A DNA stretch of 64,000 bases, taken from the IMG/VR virus record IMGVR_UViG_3300028569_000012. One strand, given 5' to 3'. The notes under the pieces are model-generated. The model was not told where the DNA came from. It ran no database searches and was given only the letters and a program-made list of their open reading frames with translations. This document shows positions 29,539-39,424 of the stretch, one piece after another (position 1 is the stretch's first letter; every line of letters starts with the position of its first letter). Both the position numbers and the translations under genes were made by a program. The stretch comes from an uncultured virus (IMG/VR IMGVR_UViG_3300028569_000012). Taxonomy: Duplodnaviria > Heunggongvirae > Uroviricota > Caudoviricetes.

Positions 29539-31508
29539 GATGGTACACCTGAGACTTTTTGAGGAAAAGTAAGACCAACTGGGGAAACCGTCAATGCTGG
29601 AAGTACTTGTTGATTTTTTGCATTTTTTAGTCGTTCCCTTTCAACTCCTACAATAGTGGATTTTATAGACAATAGCCAAAGGTTGGGACTACCGTCGGGC
29701 ATGGGACCCGTAGGTATACCTAAAGATTGCATTTCTTCAATCGATTCTATCATTGCTCGATTATCACTGAACCCTGATCTAAGATCGGCGAATAATAACG
29801 CAACTTCAGGTATGTCATACCTACTACCTCTCAGTGCCAGTTCAACGATTTGTGTGATAGAATCAATAATACTTTTACATTTTCTAAGATCAGGAACAAT
29901 TTGCGTTAGTATTATTGATAAGGCTAATAAAGATTTTGTTTGTAATAATCTTTTTTTATTGGCTTCTCGTTTTAAATTGGAAACAAGACCCCTTGTTAGT
30001 TTTTTTATATCTCTAACAATGATATCTCTCAATATTTTTATAAATGTTGCGGATATTTTTGATGCGACTTGAATGTTGAAACGAGGAAAAGTCTTTGTAA
30101 AACTTTCCAAGTTGTATACATCTTGTAATATACTATTTTGAGTATTATTTTTAAGAGCTTCTAAAGCTCGAATCATAATCATCATCGGGAATAGTACTTT
30201 TGGTGAAATTATTGCGGCAAACATTGCTTGAGGAAACTTATTTATTAAATCCTCGTCTATCGAAGCTCCTAATGCAAAGGTAGGACCAATCGTTTTGTCT
30301 TTTATTGTTTGTAATGTTTCGTTAAGAATTGTTGTATTAGCCGCTGAGTTATTACCATCAACATCTAACAAACGCAGAAGATTATCTAAAACTTCGTTAT
30401 TATTAAGTGGTTGTTTTATGTTAGTACAATCGGTATATTCAAATACACCCAATTTTATGTTTGAAATTTCTGATTCTATAATTCTTAAATCTACGTCTGT
30501 AAGTTCAAAAAATGATTCATCAACACCATCCAATGGTGATACTTTAGCAATACCACTTACATTTATTTCTTCATCTGAATCAAAACAAAGTCCCATAATT
30601 CTTTGTAATATTCTTTGAAAGTAAGCTTTGTCGTTTATCTCTCCAACACCTGTTTTTAAATTTATAGATATAGTTCCAAACAGAAAATCCATAATCTGAA
30701 GATATATGTTTTTTGTATCTACTATTTCAATTGACTCGAAATAATCTGTTACAAACTGTCCAATAAGATTTTTATTATCAGTTCGATTAATTAAATTAAC
30801 TTTAAAAAAACTACCTTGATTACCCTGATCATCCTGAGTTACATAAGTAAAATCAAAAAGATTTTGAAAAGAAGCACCTTTGTAATCAGATCCATTTTGT
30901 TGATTATAGGATTGATTTTCATTTTGTATTCTCTCAAATAATTCCCGATTCATTGAGAACGGTTTGGATTGTATTTCTATAGGTCTTTTTTCATAAAATA
31001 GTTTCCCAATAGTACTTCCTGTTGGGTTTTCTTTCAAGTACCCCATCAAATCAATCGATTCTACAGGTACAAAAATTCCTTGTGTGCTAAAACTTGGATC
31101 ATTTATTACTGAATCATAAGTTTGTTCTTGTGAACAACCTAATTCTTTTAGCATTTCATCTACAACTATTTGTGGAATTAAACTCTTAATTTCATCCAAA
31201 GCTTCAGAAAAACTATCTTTTATAAAAGAAGATGCACTACTTGCAGAATTTCCACTAAATCGATTTTCAGGTATCAATTTATCAATATCCAACAATTTAC
31301 TCAATTGTGTTTGAGCTTGTCTTTGATACCTCTTTTTTTGTTCACTAAGTTGTGACAGTGGTGATAAAGTCAAATCTGCTTTGACTTCTAAATTTGTTTG
31401 TTGTTGATTAGTAAGTTCAGTTGTGACATTTGATATTTCATTATAGGTGTCAATTGCTTTTATCCTATTCTTTAGAAAACTAAAATCGTCACTTAAATCG
31501 ATTGCCAT
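29535..31508 (-). CDS. hypothetical protein
   Basis: 657 aa ORF. Confidence 0.75.
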   Translation of the reverse strand: MAIDLSDDFSFLKNRIKAIDTYNEISNVTTELTNQQQTNLEVKADLTLSPLSQLSEQKKRYQRQAQTQLSKLLDIDKLIPENRFSGNSASSASSFIKDSFSEALDEIKSLIPQIVVDEMLKELGCSQEQTYDSVINDPSFSTQGIFVPVESIDLMGYLKENPTGSTIGKLFYEKRPIEIQSKPFSMNRELFERIQNENQSYNQQNGSDYKGASFQNLFDFTYVTQDDQGNQGSFFKVNLINRTDNKNLIGQFVTDYFESIEIVDTKNIYLQIMDFLFGTISINLKTGVGEINDKAYFQRILQRIMGLCFDSDEEINVSGIAKVSPLDGVDESFFELTDVDLRIIESEISNIKLGVFEYTDCTNIKQPLNNNEVLDNLLRLLDVDGNNSAANTTILNETLQTIKDKTIGPTFALGASIDEDLINKFPQAMFAAIISPKVLFPMMIMIRALEALKNNTQNSILQDVYNLESFTKTFPRFNIQVASKISATFIKILRDIIVRDIKKLTRGLVSNLKREANKKRLLQTKSLLALSIILTQIVPDLRKCKSIIDSITQIVELALRGSRYDIPEVALLFADLRSGFSDNRAMIESIEEMQSLGIPTGPMPDGSPNLWLLSIKSTIVGVERERLKNAKNQQVLPALTVSPVGLTFPQKVSGVPS

Positions 31509-31512
31509 CGGA

Positions 31513-31884
31513 TTATTTCATTTTATATGATTTATCTGACTCAATATTTTTTAGATCTTGTTGAATAAGTGACTGTAACATGTCATCATCAATATCGGTC
31601 AACATCATATTGTCTTCAGTGACTTGTGATTTTTCCCAAATTAATGATTGTAACTTAGCTAAAGTAAGTTTTTTTTCAACCACATCATTTATAATTTTCT
31701 GTTGTTTTTCTAATACTGGTCCGATTTCCCTCATATCTTGGGGATCTTTTAATAATGCCAACATTTTATTTTGAACTCTTATCGCTGTGGATCGTTGTTC
31801 AACAAGTTCATTATAAACTTCTTGCAGTAATGAAAGTATTGATTCCTTACTGAGATTGATTTCTTTTTTTTTAGGTCTAGACAT
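31513..31884 (-). CDS. hypothetical protein
   Basis: 123 aa; minus-strand TATTTATA at 31888-31895. Confidence 0.75.
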   Translation of the reverse strand: MSRPKKKEINLSKESILSLLQEVYNELVEQRSTAIRVQNKMLALLKDPQDMREIGPVLEKQQKIINDVVEKKLTLAKLQSLIWEKSQVTEDNMMLTDIDDDMLQSLIQQDLKNIESDKSYKMK

Positions 31885-31912
31885 ATCTATAAATATAAAA
31901 TGATTAGATTTT

Positions 31913-32647
31913 TCAATCTAACATACTATTTACAACGACTGAATATAATTTTTTATATCTTTTCATTGCACTTCTGATTTCTTTTGTTGATAAATTTGTC
32001 ATTTCTCGTATTGATAACAAAATAATATTTTTATTAAACTTATTATTATCGGTACCCATAAATATAGTTTTGTAGTTCTCAAATAATTCTAACAGAGCGG
32101 TACCCAACTTACGTTCATTAATACCTAAAGTTTTATCATCCAAAGTTGCTTTTAGTTCTTTTAAAAAGTTCTTTATGACAGCATCAGCATCTGCTTTTTC
32201 ATACTCCAAATAATATATCATATCAGGTCGAGTTTCTAATTGAGATGATATATCTTCATAAGATATTTTACGATTAGTTTCTTTTTGGTCTTTGATAATT
32301 TGACCCATCAAATAGTTCTTACAAATAGTACCAAAATAAGAATAAGCCTTTTTGTTTTTCTCAGGTTTGAACTTGTCCACTTTTGTCATCAAAAAAGAAT
32401 GGGTGTCGGTGTGTATGTCCAAAAATACCATGTCTTTTCTATACAACTTGTATCTACGAATGATTGATGATATCATTTTATCCAAAGGACCCCTCAAAAA
32501 CTCATTATATATTTTGTTTTTTTCTTCGTATGTTTCAGCCACCAAATATTTACGGACGGCATCCTCTTCAGCAACATCAAAATAGTTGGTCTGTGTTGGT
32601 TTCCTACCTCTTTTTACAGTCGTAGTTGATGTTGTAGCCGAAATCAT
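31913..32647 (-). CDS. phage sigma factor (T4 gp55-like, late transcription)
   Basis: KVDKFKPEKNKKAYSYFGTICKNYL resembles sigma region 2 of gp55-type factors. Confidence 0.7.
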   Translation of the reverse strand: MISATTSTTTVKRGRKPTQTNYFDVAEEDAVRKYLVAETYEEKNKIYNEFLRGPLDKMISSIIRRYKLYRKDMVFLDIHTDTHSFLMTKVDKFKPEKNKKAYSYFGTICKNYLMGQIIKDQKETNRKISYEDISSQLETRPDMIYYLEYEKADADAVIKNFLKELKATLDDKTLGINERKLGTALLELFENYKTIFMGTDNNKFNKNIILLSIREMTNLSTKEIRSAMKRYKKLYSVVVNSMLD

Positions 32648-33453
32648 TAATCGTTTTCAGACTTGTATTTTATATTTCTATCATCATTAAAGAAATACTC
32701 TTGTTTTGCCGAGGATATCCAAAATTTGATCTCATTTTCAGTCAGTCGATCAGGTCCATATTTATAGTTCCAAAATATAGAACCATCTCTAAGTGCTGTG
32801 TGTTTATAACCGAGCTTAGGAATTGTCATAATTCTCATCGAATTATGTGTCATTCTCAACAACATTTCATATACAAATGTAAGTTTAATTGAGGGTTTAA
32901 ATCCTCCATATTCTATAAACTTCTCACGATTTATTACCATACCAGCAGTTTGAAAGTTTTGATAGTTAAGTAATGTTTCGTTCGACAAATAACCCATTTC
33001 GTGTGCGATATTAGCGGCGAATGATGCCTCATTAGTAAATCCAGCAAAAGTACCTTTTTCATCTACGTCAACAACAATTGGTAAAAAGGTATCAACATCA
33101 GGGTAAAATTTTATGTATTTTTGTACATTTGAAAACCAAATATTAGCATATTCATCATCAACCTCAAATAAAGAAATCCATTTACTCGTGGTATTTTTAA
33201 CTCCGTGATTAATCTGACTTTGATAATTTGGTTCACCTTCGAAGGGTACCATTACTACATTTAATTCCCCAAAATCAAATGAGTTCAATTTAGTAACTAA
33301 TTGTTCTTCGAGTGTATGAACAATTATAAGGTCATTAAATGAGACTTTTTGTGATTGAAGTGAAAGAATACACCTCTCGAAGTATATATCAAAATCTTTG
33401 CTGACAGCGGATTTGATAGGTAATATTACTGATAAATCTAAAATGTTTTCCAT
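32647..33453 (-). CDS. glycosyltransferase family 2
   Basis: LSVILPI, INHGV, FEVDDEY. Confidence 0.8.
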   Translation of the reverse strand: MENILDLSVILPIKSAVSKDFDIYFERCILSLQSQKVSFNDLIIVHTLEEQLVTKLNSFDFGELNVVMVPFEGEPNYQSQINHGVKNTTSKWISLFEVDDEYANIWFSNVQKYIKFYPDVDTFLPIVVDVDEKGTFAGFTNEASFAANIAHEMGYLSNETLLNYQNFQTAGMVINREKFIEYGGFKPSIKLTFVYEMLLRMTHNSMRIMTIPKLGYKHTALRDGSIFWNYKYGPDRLTENEIKFWISSAKQEYFFNDDRNIKYKSEND

Positions 33454-33455
33454 AA

Positions 33456-34508
33456 TTATTCTTGTTCTTTAGTCAATTGAGCTTCGAAAGCTTCTTTACG
33501 TTTATTGGAAAAATCTGTGAAAAGTTCCAAAACTTGACTTTCAAATTTTTCTCTGTTGGTATATTGTTCAACGGTTTTTTCAGATTCATTGTAGATATCA
33601 CCTACTAAATTATCCTCCAACCATGTTTGGATGATATCTGCAATCACATCTACCATCATATTAGGATTATCTAACCAAACTCCGTTTGTGTCAGTCATCC
33701 AATCAGGTTTTAAGTTAGGTTTTGTTCCCAAAACAAGAACACCCGATTTCATACACTCTAAAGGAAAAGTTCCGAATCCTGATGTAGGATCGATCCAAAC
33801 CCCTAAAAATGCATCTTGTAATCCTTTAGCAAACTCTTCCTGTGTGAGTCCTCTGAGATCTCTAAATGTGAAAAATCTGTATTGAGGATATTTCAGATAA
33901 AATTGTTTGATAAGTTTGAGACCTTCCCTTTGTTCTCTTGTGTGAACCGCAATAATTGGTTTTGCGGGAAACTTTTGTTTTTCAAATTTTTCGGAAATCA
34001 CGGGTGATATAACGGCAAAAGAAACTTTTTTCATAATTTTCTCAATTTCTTCCCTCTGTGATTCACTTGTAGTAATACACTTGTAAAATCCTAACTGTGT
34101 CCAACTCATACCAGGTGTTAATGTTTCAAGAACATGATCATAAGCCTGAGCAACTACTATTTTGCCACAAGGAAGATTTTTAATTTGTTCCATGATAAAA
34201 CCAAAGATTTCAGGGATAATCATGATGTCTTCAGGAGCGACTTCGAGGTTAGTATCTTCAACCGATTGATGTTTAAGTTCCGAAAACTCATCACCTAACC
34301 AACTTGATACTGGTACAAACTCATTTTTTTCGTGTAGTATTACTACCGTGAATCCATCAGTGTGTAGTTTTTTTGCCATCTCATAGATGTAGGCAATTGA
34401 TGCTTTAGGATTTCCTTTAGTATCCTGAACAAAAAAATACAATTTATTTTTTTTCTGTTCAATATTCTGAATAGACTTTTTAATCTTATCGAAAAGTTCT
34501 GTTTCCAT
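33456..34508 (-). CDS. GT-B fold glycosyltransferase
   Basis: IIPEI, SGFGTFPLECMKSGVLVLG (GT4-like). Confidence 0.75.
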   Translation of the reverse strand: METELFDKIKKSIQNIEQKKNKLYFFVQDTKGNPKASIAYIYEMAKKLHTDGFTVVILHEKNEFVPVSSWLGDEFSELKHQSVEDTNLEVAPEDIMIIPEIFGFIMEQIKNLPCGKIVVAQAYDHVLETLTPGMSWTQLGFYKCITTSESQREEIEKIMKKVSFAVISPVISEKFEKQKFPAKPIIAVHTREQREGLKLIKQFYLKYPQYRFFTFRDLRGLTQEEFAKGLQDAFLGVWIDPTSGFGTFPLECMKSGVLVLGTKPNLKPDWMTDTNGVWLDNPNMMVDVIADIIQTWLEDNLVGDIYNESEKTVEQYTNREKFESQVLELFTDFSNKRKEAFEAQLTKEQE

Positions 34509-34512
34509 TTTT

Positions 34513-34785
34513 TTAGATTTTTTGAATAAATTTATAGAATAACATAGTATTCCAAGCTAACCTATAAGGTGCTGTAAGTTTTTCGGAACCTCTTATACCT
34601 AATTTTTCGTCGACTTCTTCGTTTTCACTAAACACCACATCCAAAAGTAATTTTACCATTTCGTATTTAACAATTGAAATGTGTTGTGTGTCAGTAACAC
34701 CCGTACTATCTGGAACAGGAGTATCGATGTAATCATCGATCTTTTCCAAATCTAAATAGTAATTTTCTCCAAAAACTTTAATCAT
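34513..34785 (-). CDS. hypothetical protein
   Basis: 90 aa ORF. Confidence 0.7.
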   Translation of the reverse strand: MIKVFGENYYLDLEKIDDYIDTPVPDSTGVTDTQHISIVKYEMVKLLLDVVFSENEEVDEKLGIRGSEKLTAPYRLAWNTMLFYKFIQKI

Positions 34786-35377
34786 TTTTTATAATTTTTT
34801 TTAATTTTGATTCCAACTCTTTTAAGTTAGTTATAGTATCTTCTATGTTTATGTTAGAATTATATGAAGTTTCATATTTTATTGTAGGTTTATTAGAATT
34901 ATTTGACAATAATTTAGGTGACGCAGCAACTAATACATCAAATTCTTCCCAAATATTTTCCATAGTATTTTTATTGTAAAAAATAATCTTATCAACTTCA
35001 CAACCAAATTTTGATATAAAAAATAATGTTGCTGGTTTTGTTTTACCGATTTGTTCACTTATCAATGTAAGTTCGATGTCTTGTTCAAGATTTATTTGTA
35101 AATCTTTTAAATCATAAAAAGTCGACATAGTTGTCGATGGTGCGTGACCAAATATCTGCATTGCAAATTCCTCATAAATAAACGAGGCATACTCTTCATC
35201 ATTTTTGAAAGCAAAATGATTCTCGTAATTTGGTGTTGTATAAGGTTCTGTAATTTCGTATTTGAAGTCTTCATCAACCAAATCCAATTCGTCGATAAAA
35301 TATTTTTGGTAAAGGTATTCTATCTTGCTGTAAGTGTCTCGTAACACACCATCAATTTCTATTGCTAAACGTATCAT
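34778..35377 (-). CDS. HAD-fold 5'(3')-nucleotidase-like protein, possibly inactive
   Basis: LAIEIDGVLRD is HAD motif I with Asp replaced by Glu. Confidence 0.6.
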   Translation of the reverse strand: MIRLAIEIDGVLRDTYSKIEYLYQKYFIDELDLVDEDFKYEITEPYTTPNYENHFAFKNDEEYASFIYEEFAMQIFGHAPSTTMSTFYDLKDLQINLEQDIELTLISEQIGKTKPATLFFISKFGCEVDKIIFYNKNTMENIWEEFDVLVAASPKLLSNNSNKPTIKYETSYNSNINIEDTITNLKELESKLKKIIKND

Positions 35378-36105
35378 TCCTCGTACTTATCCAAAATTTG
35401 GTTTATCAAAGGGTTCCGAACGATGTCAACTTCCTTGAAGTTAAAAACACCTATTTTATTAACATTTTTAAATTTTTCGATCGCGTCCCACAACCCCGAA
35501 TGCGTTTTATCTTTATACCTGTCAGTTTGATCTAAATCGCCTGATATAAAAAATTTACTATTGTATCCAATCCTTGTCAATAACAATTTCATTTGTTTAG
35601 GTGATGAGTTTTGTGCTTCCTCAAAAATCAAAATTGAGTTATCTATATTCATACCTCTCATATATGCTAAAGCAAAAACTTCTATAGCTTCCACTTCCTT
35701 GAGTTTTTCTCTGTTTTGTTTTCCAATAATTTTATTCAGGAGGTAATATGAAGGAAAAATATACGGATCTAACTTTTCTTCTACATTACCTGGTAGTGAT
35801 CCCAACTTTTCTTCTGCCTCGACCGCCGGTCTGACAATAATAATTTTCTCATAAGGTGTTGATGGATCGACCAATAAATCGACTGCCGCTTTCATTGCAA
35901 TATATGATTTACCAACACCAGCGGGACCTGAACAGATAGTTATTTCGTTCTCACAAAGCAAGTCGTAGTAGTTTTTTTGAGACCCCGTCAAGAATTTTTC
36001 CCTAGTTTTTCTCGGTATTATCTGATTTATAATATTTTTTTTCGTAAGATTTTTCTGAGTATAATCTTCAGTTTGTCCTGAAATCCTTGTGGGTCTTTTT
36101 GCCAT
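35374..36105 (-). CDS. phoH: PhoH family ATPase
   Basis: GPAGVGKS, RPAVEAEEKLGSLPG, AYMRG, EEAQN, LLTRIG, GDLDQTD. Confidence 0.95.
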   Translation of the reverse strand: MAKRPTRISGQTEDYTQKNLTKKNIINQIIPRKTREKFLTGSQKNYYDLLCENEITICSGPAGVGKSYIAMKAAVDLLVDPSTPYEKIIIVRPAVEAEEKLGSLPGNVEEKLDPYIFPSYYLLNKIIGKQNREKLKEVEAIEVFALAYMRGMNIDNSILIFEEAQNSSPKQMKLLLTRIGYNSKFFISGDLDQTDRYKDKTHSGLWDAIEKFKNVNKIGVFNFKEVDIVRNPLINQILDKYEE

Positions 36106-36117
36106 TTAGTTTTTTTT

Positions 36118-36873
36118 TTATTTAGGGGTTGTCACTCCTCGTTGACTAACAACTATCGCGGCCATTTCATTGGCGTATATTAGGGATTTGGGTATGTCCA
36201 TTGTTTCCAAATATTTTATTGTAAATGAAGATATAAAGGTATCACCAGCACCACTTACATCGATCGTTTCTTTGGGGTTTACCGATGGATATAAAATACC
36301 ATCATACTGACATCCTTTTGAACCTAATGTTATTATAAATTTTTTAGGATTTTCATAAACCAACTTAATATTATTGTTATATTCATTTTCATTTAGTTTA
36401 ATAAATTTCACATTCTTTATTGTCTCAGCATCCAATTTTTTCTTAGTATCCAAGATTACTAAGTAGTGAAGTTCTGAAAGTCTTTTAATAATATCAGTGG
36501 TTACAAATCCTTTGTTATAATCACTGATTATTATTGCGTCAGACTCACTGATAGTATCATTTTTCTTTGGGGACAAAAAAACTAACGGGTGAACAAAATC
36601 GTTTTCACCTTCGTCAATTCTCAACAACATTTGGTTACTTTTATTTTCAACCATTCTTGTCTTGGTTATCTTTTCAGTTTGATGCCAAAGAACAACATCG
36701 ATTGTTTTATCTAATGATTTTATATTCTCAACAACATTACCACCCATACCAAGATTTTCAATTTGGTGAGTGGGGTTAAAAACAGGGACTGGAGCTTCGG
36801 GACATATTCTTTTTACATCACCGTAAACAAAAATATCTTTACCAACTTCACCTACTACCAATATTTTTTTCAT
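36118..36873 (-). CDS. PfkB-family heptose-7-phosphate kinase (RfaE domain I / HldA-like)
   Basis: RICPEAPVPV, ITKTR, ISDYNKG, DVSGAGDTF. Confidence 0.88.
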   Translation of the reverse strand: MKKILVVGEVGKDIFVYGDVKRICPEAPVPVFNPTHQIENLGMGGNVVENIKSLDKTIDVVLWHQTEKITKTRMVENKSNQMLLRIDEGENDFVHPLVFLSPKKNDTISESDAIIISDYNKGFVTTDIIKRLSELHYLVILDTKKKLDAETIKNVKFIKLNENEYNNNIKLVYENPKKFIITLGSKGCQYDGILYPSVNPKETIDVSGAGDTFISSFTIKYLETMDIPKSLIYANEMAAIVVSQRGVTTPK

Positions 36874-37273
36874 ATTCTAAAATTTTTGTCGAAGAAAACC
36901 CTTCGATTTTATCAAAAAATAACACTTGTTCCACCAATTGTGACCCGATTATTTTTTTATCTCTATACTCACCACCAACAATTAGGTATTTGGGATTCCA
37001 ATTTCGTATTTGTTCTTCGAGTTCTTCATCAGATCCAAATCCCACAACACTATCCACACAAGAGATGCTTTCCATCATAAAGACCCTGTCATCCCATAAA
37101 TTCAAAGGACGTGTGGGACCTTTGAGTTCTTTTACCCTTTCATCGTAATCAATACCAACTCTAATTGTACCAATCTTTGATGCAAATTTCAACAACTCAA
37201 TATGTCCTCGATGGAGAACATCAAAGGTTCCATTTACCCATACTCTTACTTCTGAAGTGTGTCTCCCAACCAT
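36848..37273 (-). CDS. heptose-1-phosphate nucleotidyltransferase (RfaE domain II / HldC-like)
   Basis: NGTFDVLHRGH, LKGPTRP, GGEY, GFSST. Confidence 0.88.
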   Translation of the reverse strand: MVGRHTSEVRVWVNGTFDVLHRGHIELLKFASKIGTIRVGIDYDERVKELKGPTRPLNLWDDRVFMMESISCVDSVVGFGSDEELEEQIRNWNPKYLIVGGEYRDKKIIGSQLVEQVLFFDKIEGFSSTKILEYEKNIGSR

Positions 37274-37635
37274 ACTCTATATGAATCTTCGTCAAAATGT
37301 TCTGTTGATACCTCAAATACAACACCATCGGTAAGTGCCACCAATTGGTGAGGTTGACCAGGAAATTGTCTTACAGAGTCCCCCACCTTTAGTGTTGTTT
37401 CATTTACCTCGGCGTTTTCGGTATTGATCCATCGGTAAGTAAACTCACCTTCTTGTACATACCATGTTTCATCTTTTTTCATATGGTAGTGCATCGAGAA
37501 CTTGCAACCTTTGTTAAACACCAACAATTTACCGCAGTATAGTTCGTTATTCTCAAAAATAATTTCGTGTCCCCACCCTTTAGGTATGTTACAACTTGGA
37601 CATTCTTTGGCGTTATAGACAATAGGTTTTTCCAT
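37246..37635 (-). CDS. cupin sugar isomerase-like protein
   Basis: KGWGHE, YCGKLL, SMHYHMKKDETWYV, PGQPH, EVST. Confidence 0.8.
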   Translation of the reverse strand: MEKPIVYNAKECPSCNIPKGWGHEIIFENNELYCGKLLVFNKGCKFSMHYHMKKDETWYVQEGEFTYRWINTENAEVNETTLKVGDSVRQFPGQPHQLVALTDGVVFEVSTEHFDEDSYRVWLGDTLQK

Positions 37636-37672
37636 TACAAAAAGATATTATCAAAAAAACAAAAAGTATAGA

Positions 37673-38656
37673 TTACAAATTTATCAATTGACCTGTGAGA
37701 TCACTACCCTTTTTAAAAAATTTTACCTTATCGGTGAAGTCGTGAAGTAGTTCATTTATAATCTTTTTATCTCGTAAAAAGTGTTCTTCTTCCATTATAA
37801 AAATTGTATAACCCCTTTTGATAAGTTCCAACACCACAAACATTTTTTTGTTATCGACCGTGTCAGAGTCGACGTATGTTATACCATCAATAATAAGGGG
37901 TAGTGTTAGATCTGTTTGAGTGTCGAAGATGTTATTTAGGGTGTAGATATTATGGTTCTCCAAGTTATATTGGATATCTTGGGCGAAGTTTATTGGTGTT
38001 TTGATTTTATCGATATAGGATTGTAGGACAGAATTTTTCAGTTTCATATCCAAAGTCTCTTTTGATTGTGGTAATCCCAAAAATGTTCCGATGATCCTAT
38101 CGTCGTTGTTATCATTCGAGACTTCTTGAATCATCTTATTATAGGTATGTTGAAGGTATCTGAGGTTGTTATCCAATAGATTGAGGATCTCTGCTGATGA
38201 TGGTGACATGGATGTCACTTGAAGGTTTTTAAACCCCATACCAACAAATATACTTTGTAGTTTCGATATCACGAATTGATTGAGGGTTCCCAATACAATT
38301 TTTCCATTATCAACATCTGAGGTGGGTGGGAGATATACCACCTCTATATTCATCGGGTTTAGGATCTCGTGGATCCTTTGAAACTCACCGGGGTTAAGAT
38401 TTGAGGATATAACAAATATTTTTCCAACCACATTTATTTCGTTCTCAAAACAATACCCCCACGATTCGATTGTTTCGTTGAGTTTTTTGGTATCAAATGT
38501 GTTATTGGGTAATGTTATTACATTGTCAAAGAAAAATACCACCTCAGAGTTTTGGATTGTTTGGATATCGTCATCGGGATTGTAGTTAAAACCATCTGTG
38601 ATTTTTTCCACAAATGAGATATTGGTTCCTGAATTTATAATTCCGATTGTATTCAT
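37673..38656 (-). CDS. degenerate UDP-glucose/GDP-mannose dehydrogenase-like protein
   Basis: SNLNPG, KIVLG and SAEILNLLDN resemble UGD motifs; GxGxxG and catalytic Lys/Cys are not seen. Confidence 0.45.
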   Translation of the reverse strand: MNTIGIINSGTNISFVEKITDGFNYNPDDDIQTIQNSEVVFFFDNVITLPNNTFDTKKLNETIESWGYCFENEINVVGKIFVISSNLNPGEFQRIHEILNPMNIEVVYLPPTSDVDNGKIVLGTLNQFVISKLQSIFVGMGFKNLQVTSMSPSSAEILNLLDNNLRYLQHTYNKMIQEVSNDNNDDRIIGTFLGLPQSKETLDMKLKNSVLQSYIDKIKTPINFAQDIQYNLENHNIYTLNNIFDTQTDLTLPLIIDGITYVDSDTVDNKKMFVVLELIKRGYTIFIMEEEHFLRDKKIINELLHDFTDKVKFFKKGSDLTGQLINL

Positions 38657-38659
38657 AGA

Positions 38660-39424
38660 TTACGAATATAATCTATAAAACTCCTGAAATACATCAAATT
38701 GGTTTTCTGATCCCTTAACTTCCAATGTGACAATTTTGTTGTATTCGATTTCCTTTAGGGTTTTTGAAAATGACTTATGAAATTCATAATCAATTAATGG
38801 TACAAGACTTTGTTCTGATACGTGAATGTGATTGATAAACTTCTCAAACTTTTTGAGTTCATGGTTTGGGTCATAACCTTCCAAAATTAAATTGTGTGTA
38901 TCAACCATCGTCTTGATATTCACCAAATTATTGGATACGATGAAATCGACAATCTCATTCAAATTATGAAAATACTGACCACCATAAATTTTGGTGTTAG
39001 GTTCGATAGATAGTTCAATACCGGTATCCTTGAGAAGTGAATCTATCTCTAAAAATGTTTGAGATAACTTACTTTGGAGATCTTCAGTGTGGACTCGTAA
39101 GTTTGGTGATCCAAGCACCATAACTTTTACATTTAGGATTTTACAATATTCCACCAATTGTTTGATATGAGATACGATACTATGGGTATCGTGTAGTCCC
39201 TCAGATTTGTAATTGAAAAAAATTGATTGGATAGATTCTACCTTCAATCCGTTCGTCTGTAAAAGGTTGTGATATAACTTGAGTATCTCATAATTGAGAT
39301 CATCCCATCCACCGATTTTACTAAGTACCCCCTCAATGTTTGATATGTTGAGTTGTTTTAGATGTTCAAAGACTTCTTGGTTTTGATCAAAGTCCCAAGC
39401 TAAGTTACTAATTGCTAGTTTCAT
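38660..39424 (-). CDS. sugar phosphate isomerase/epimerase (xylose isomerase-like TIM barrel)
   Basis: MKLAISNLAW, VLGSPNLR, IEPN, DTHN, HIHVSE, TLEV. Confidence 0.85.
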   Translation of the reverse strand: MKLAISNLAWDFDQNQEVFEHLKQLNISNIEGVLSKIGGWDDLNYEILKLYHNLLQTNGLKVESIQSIFFNYKSEGLHDTHSIVSHIKQLVEYCKILNVKVMVLGSPNLRVHTEDLQSKLSQTFLEIDSLLKDTGIELSIEPNTKIYGGQYFHNLNEIVDFIVSNNLVNIKTMVDTHNLILEGYDPNHELKKFEKFINHIHVSEQSLVPLIDYEFHKSFSKTLKEIEYNKIVTLEVKGSENQFDVFQEFYRLYS

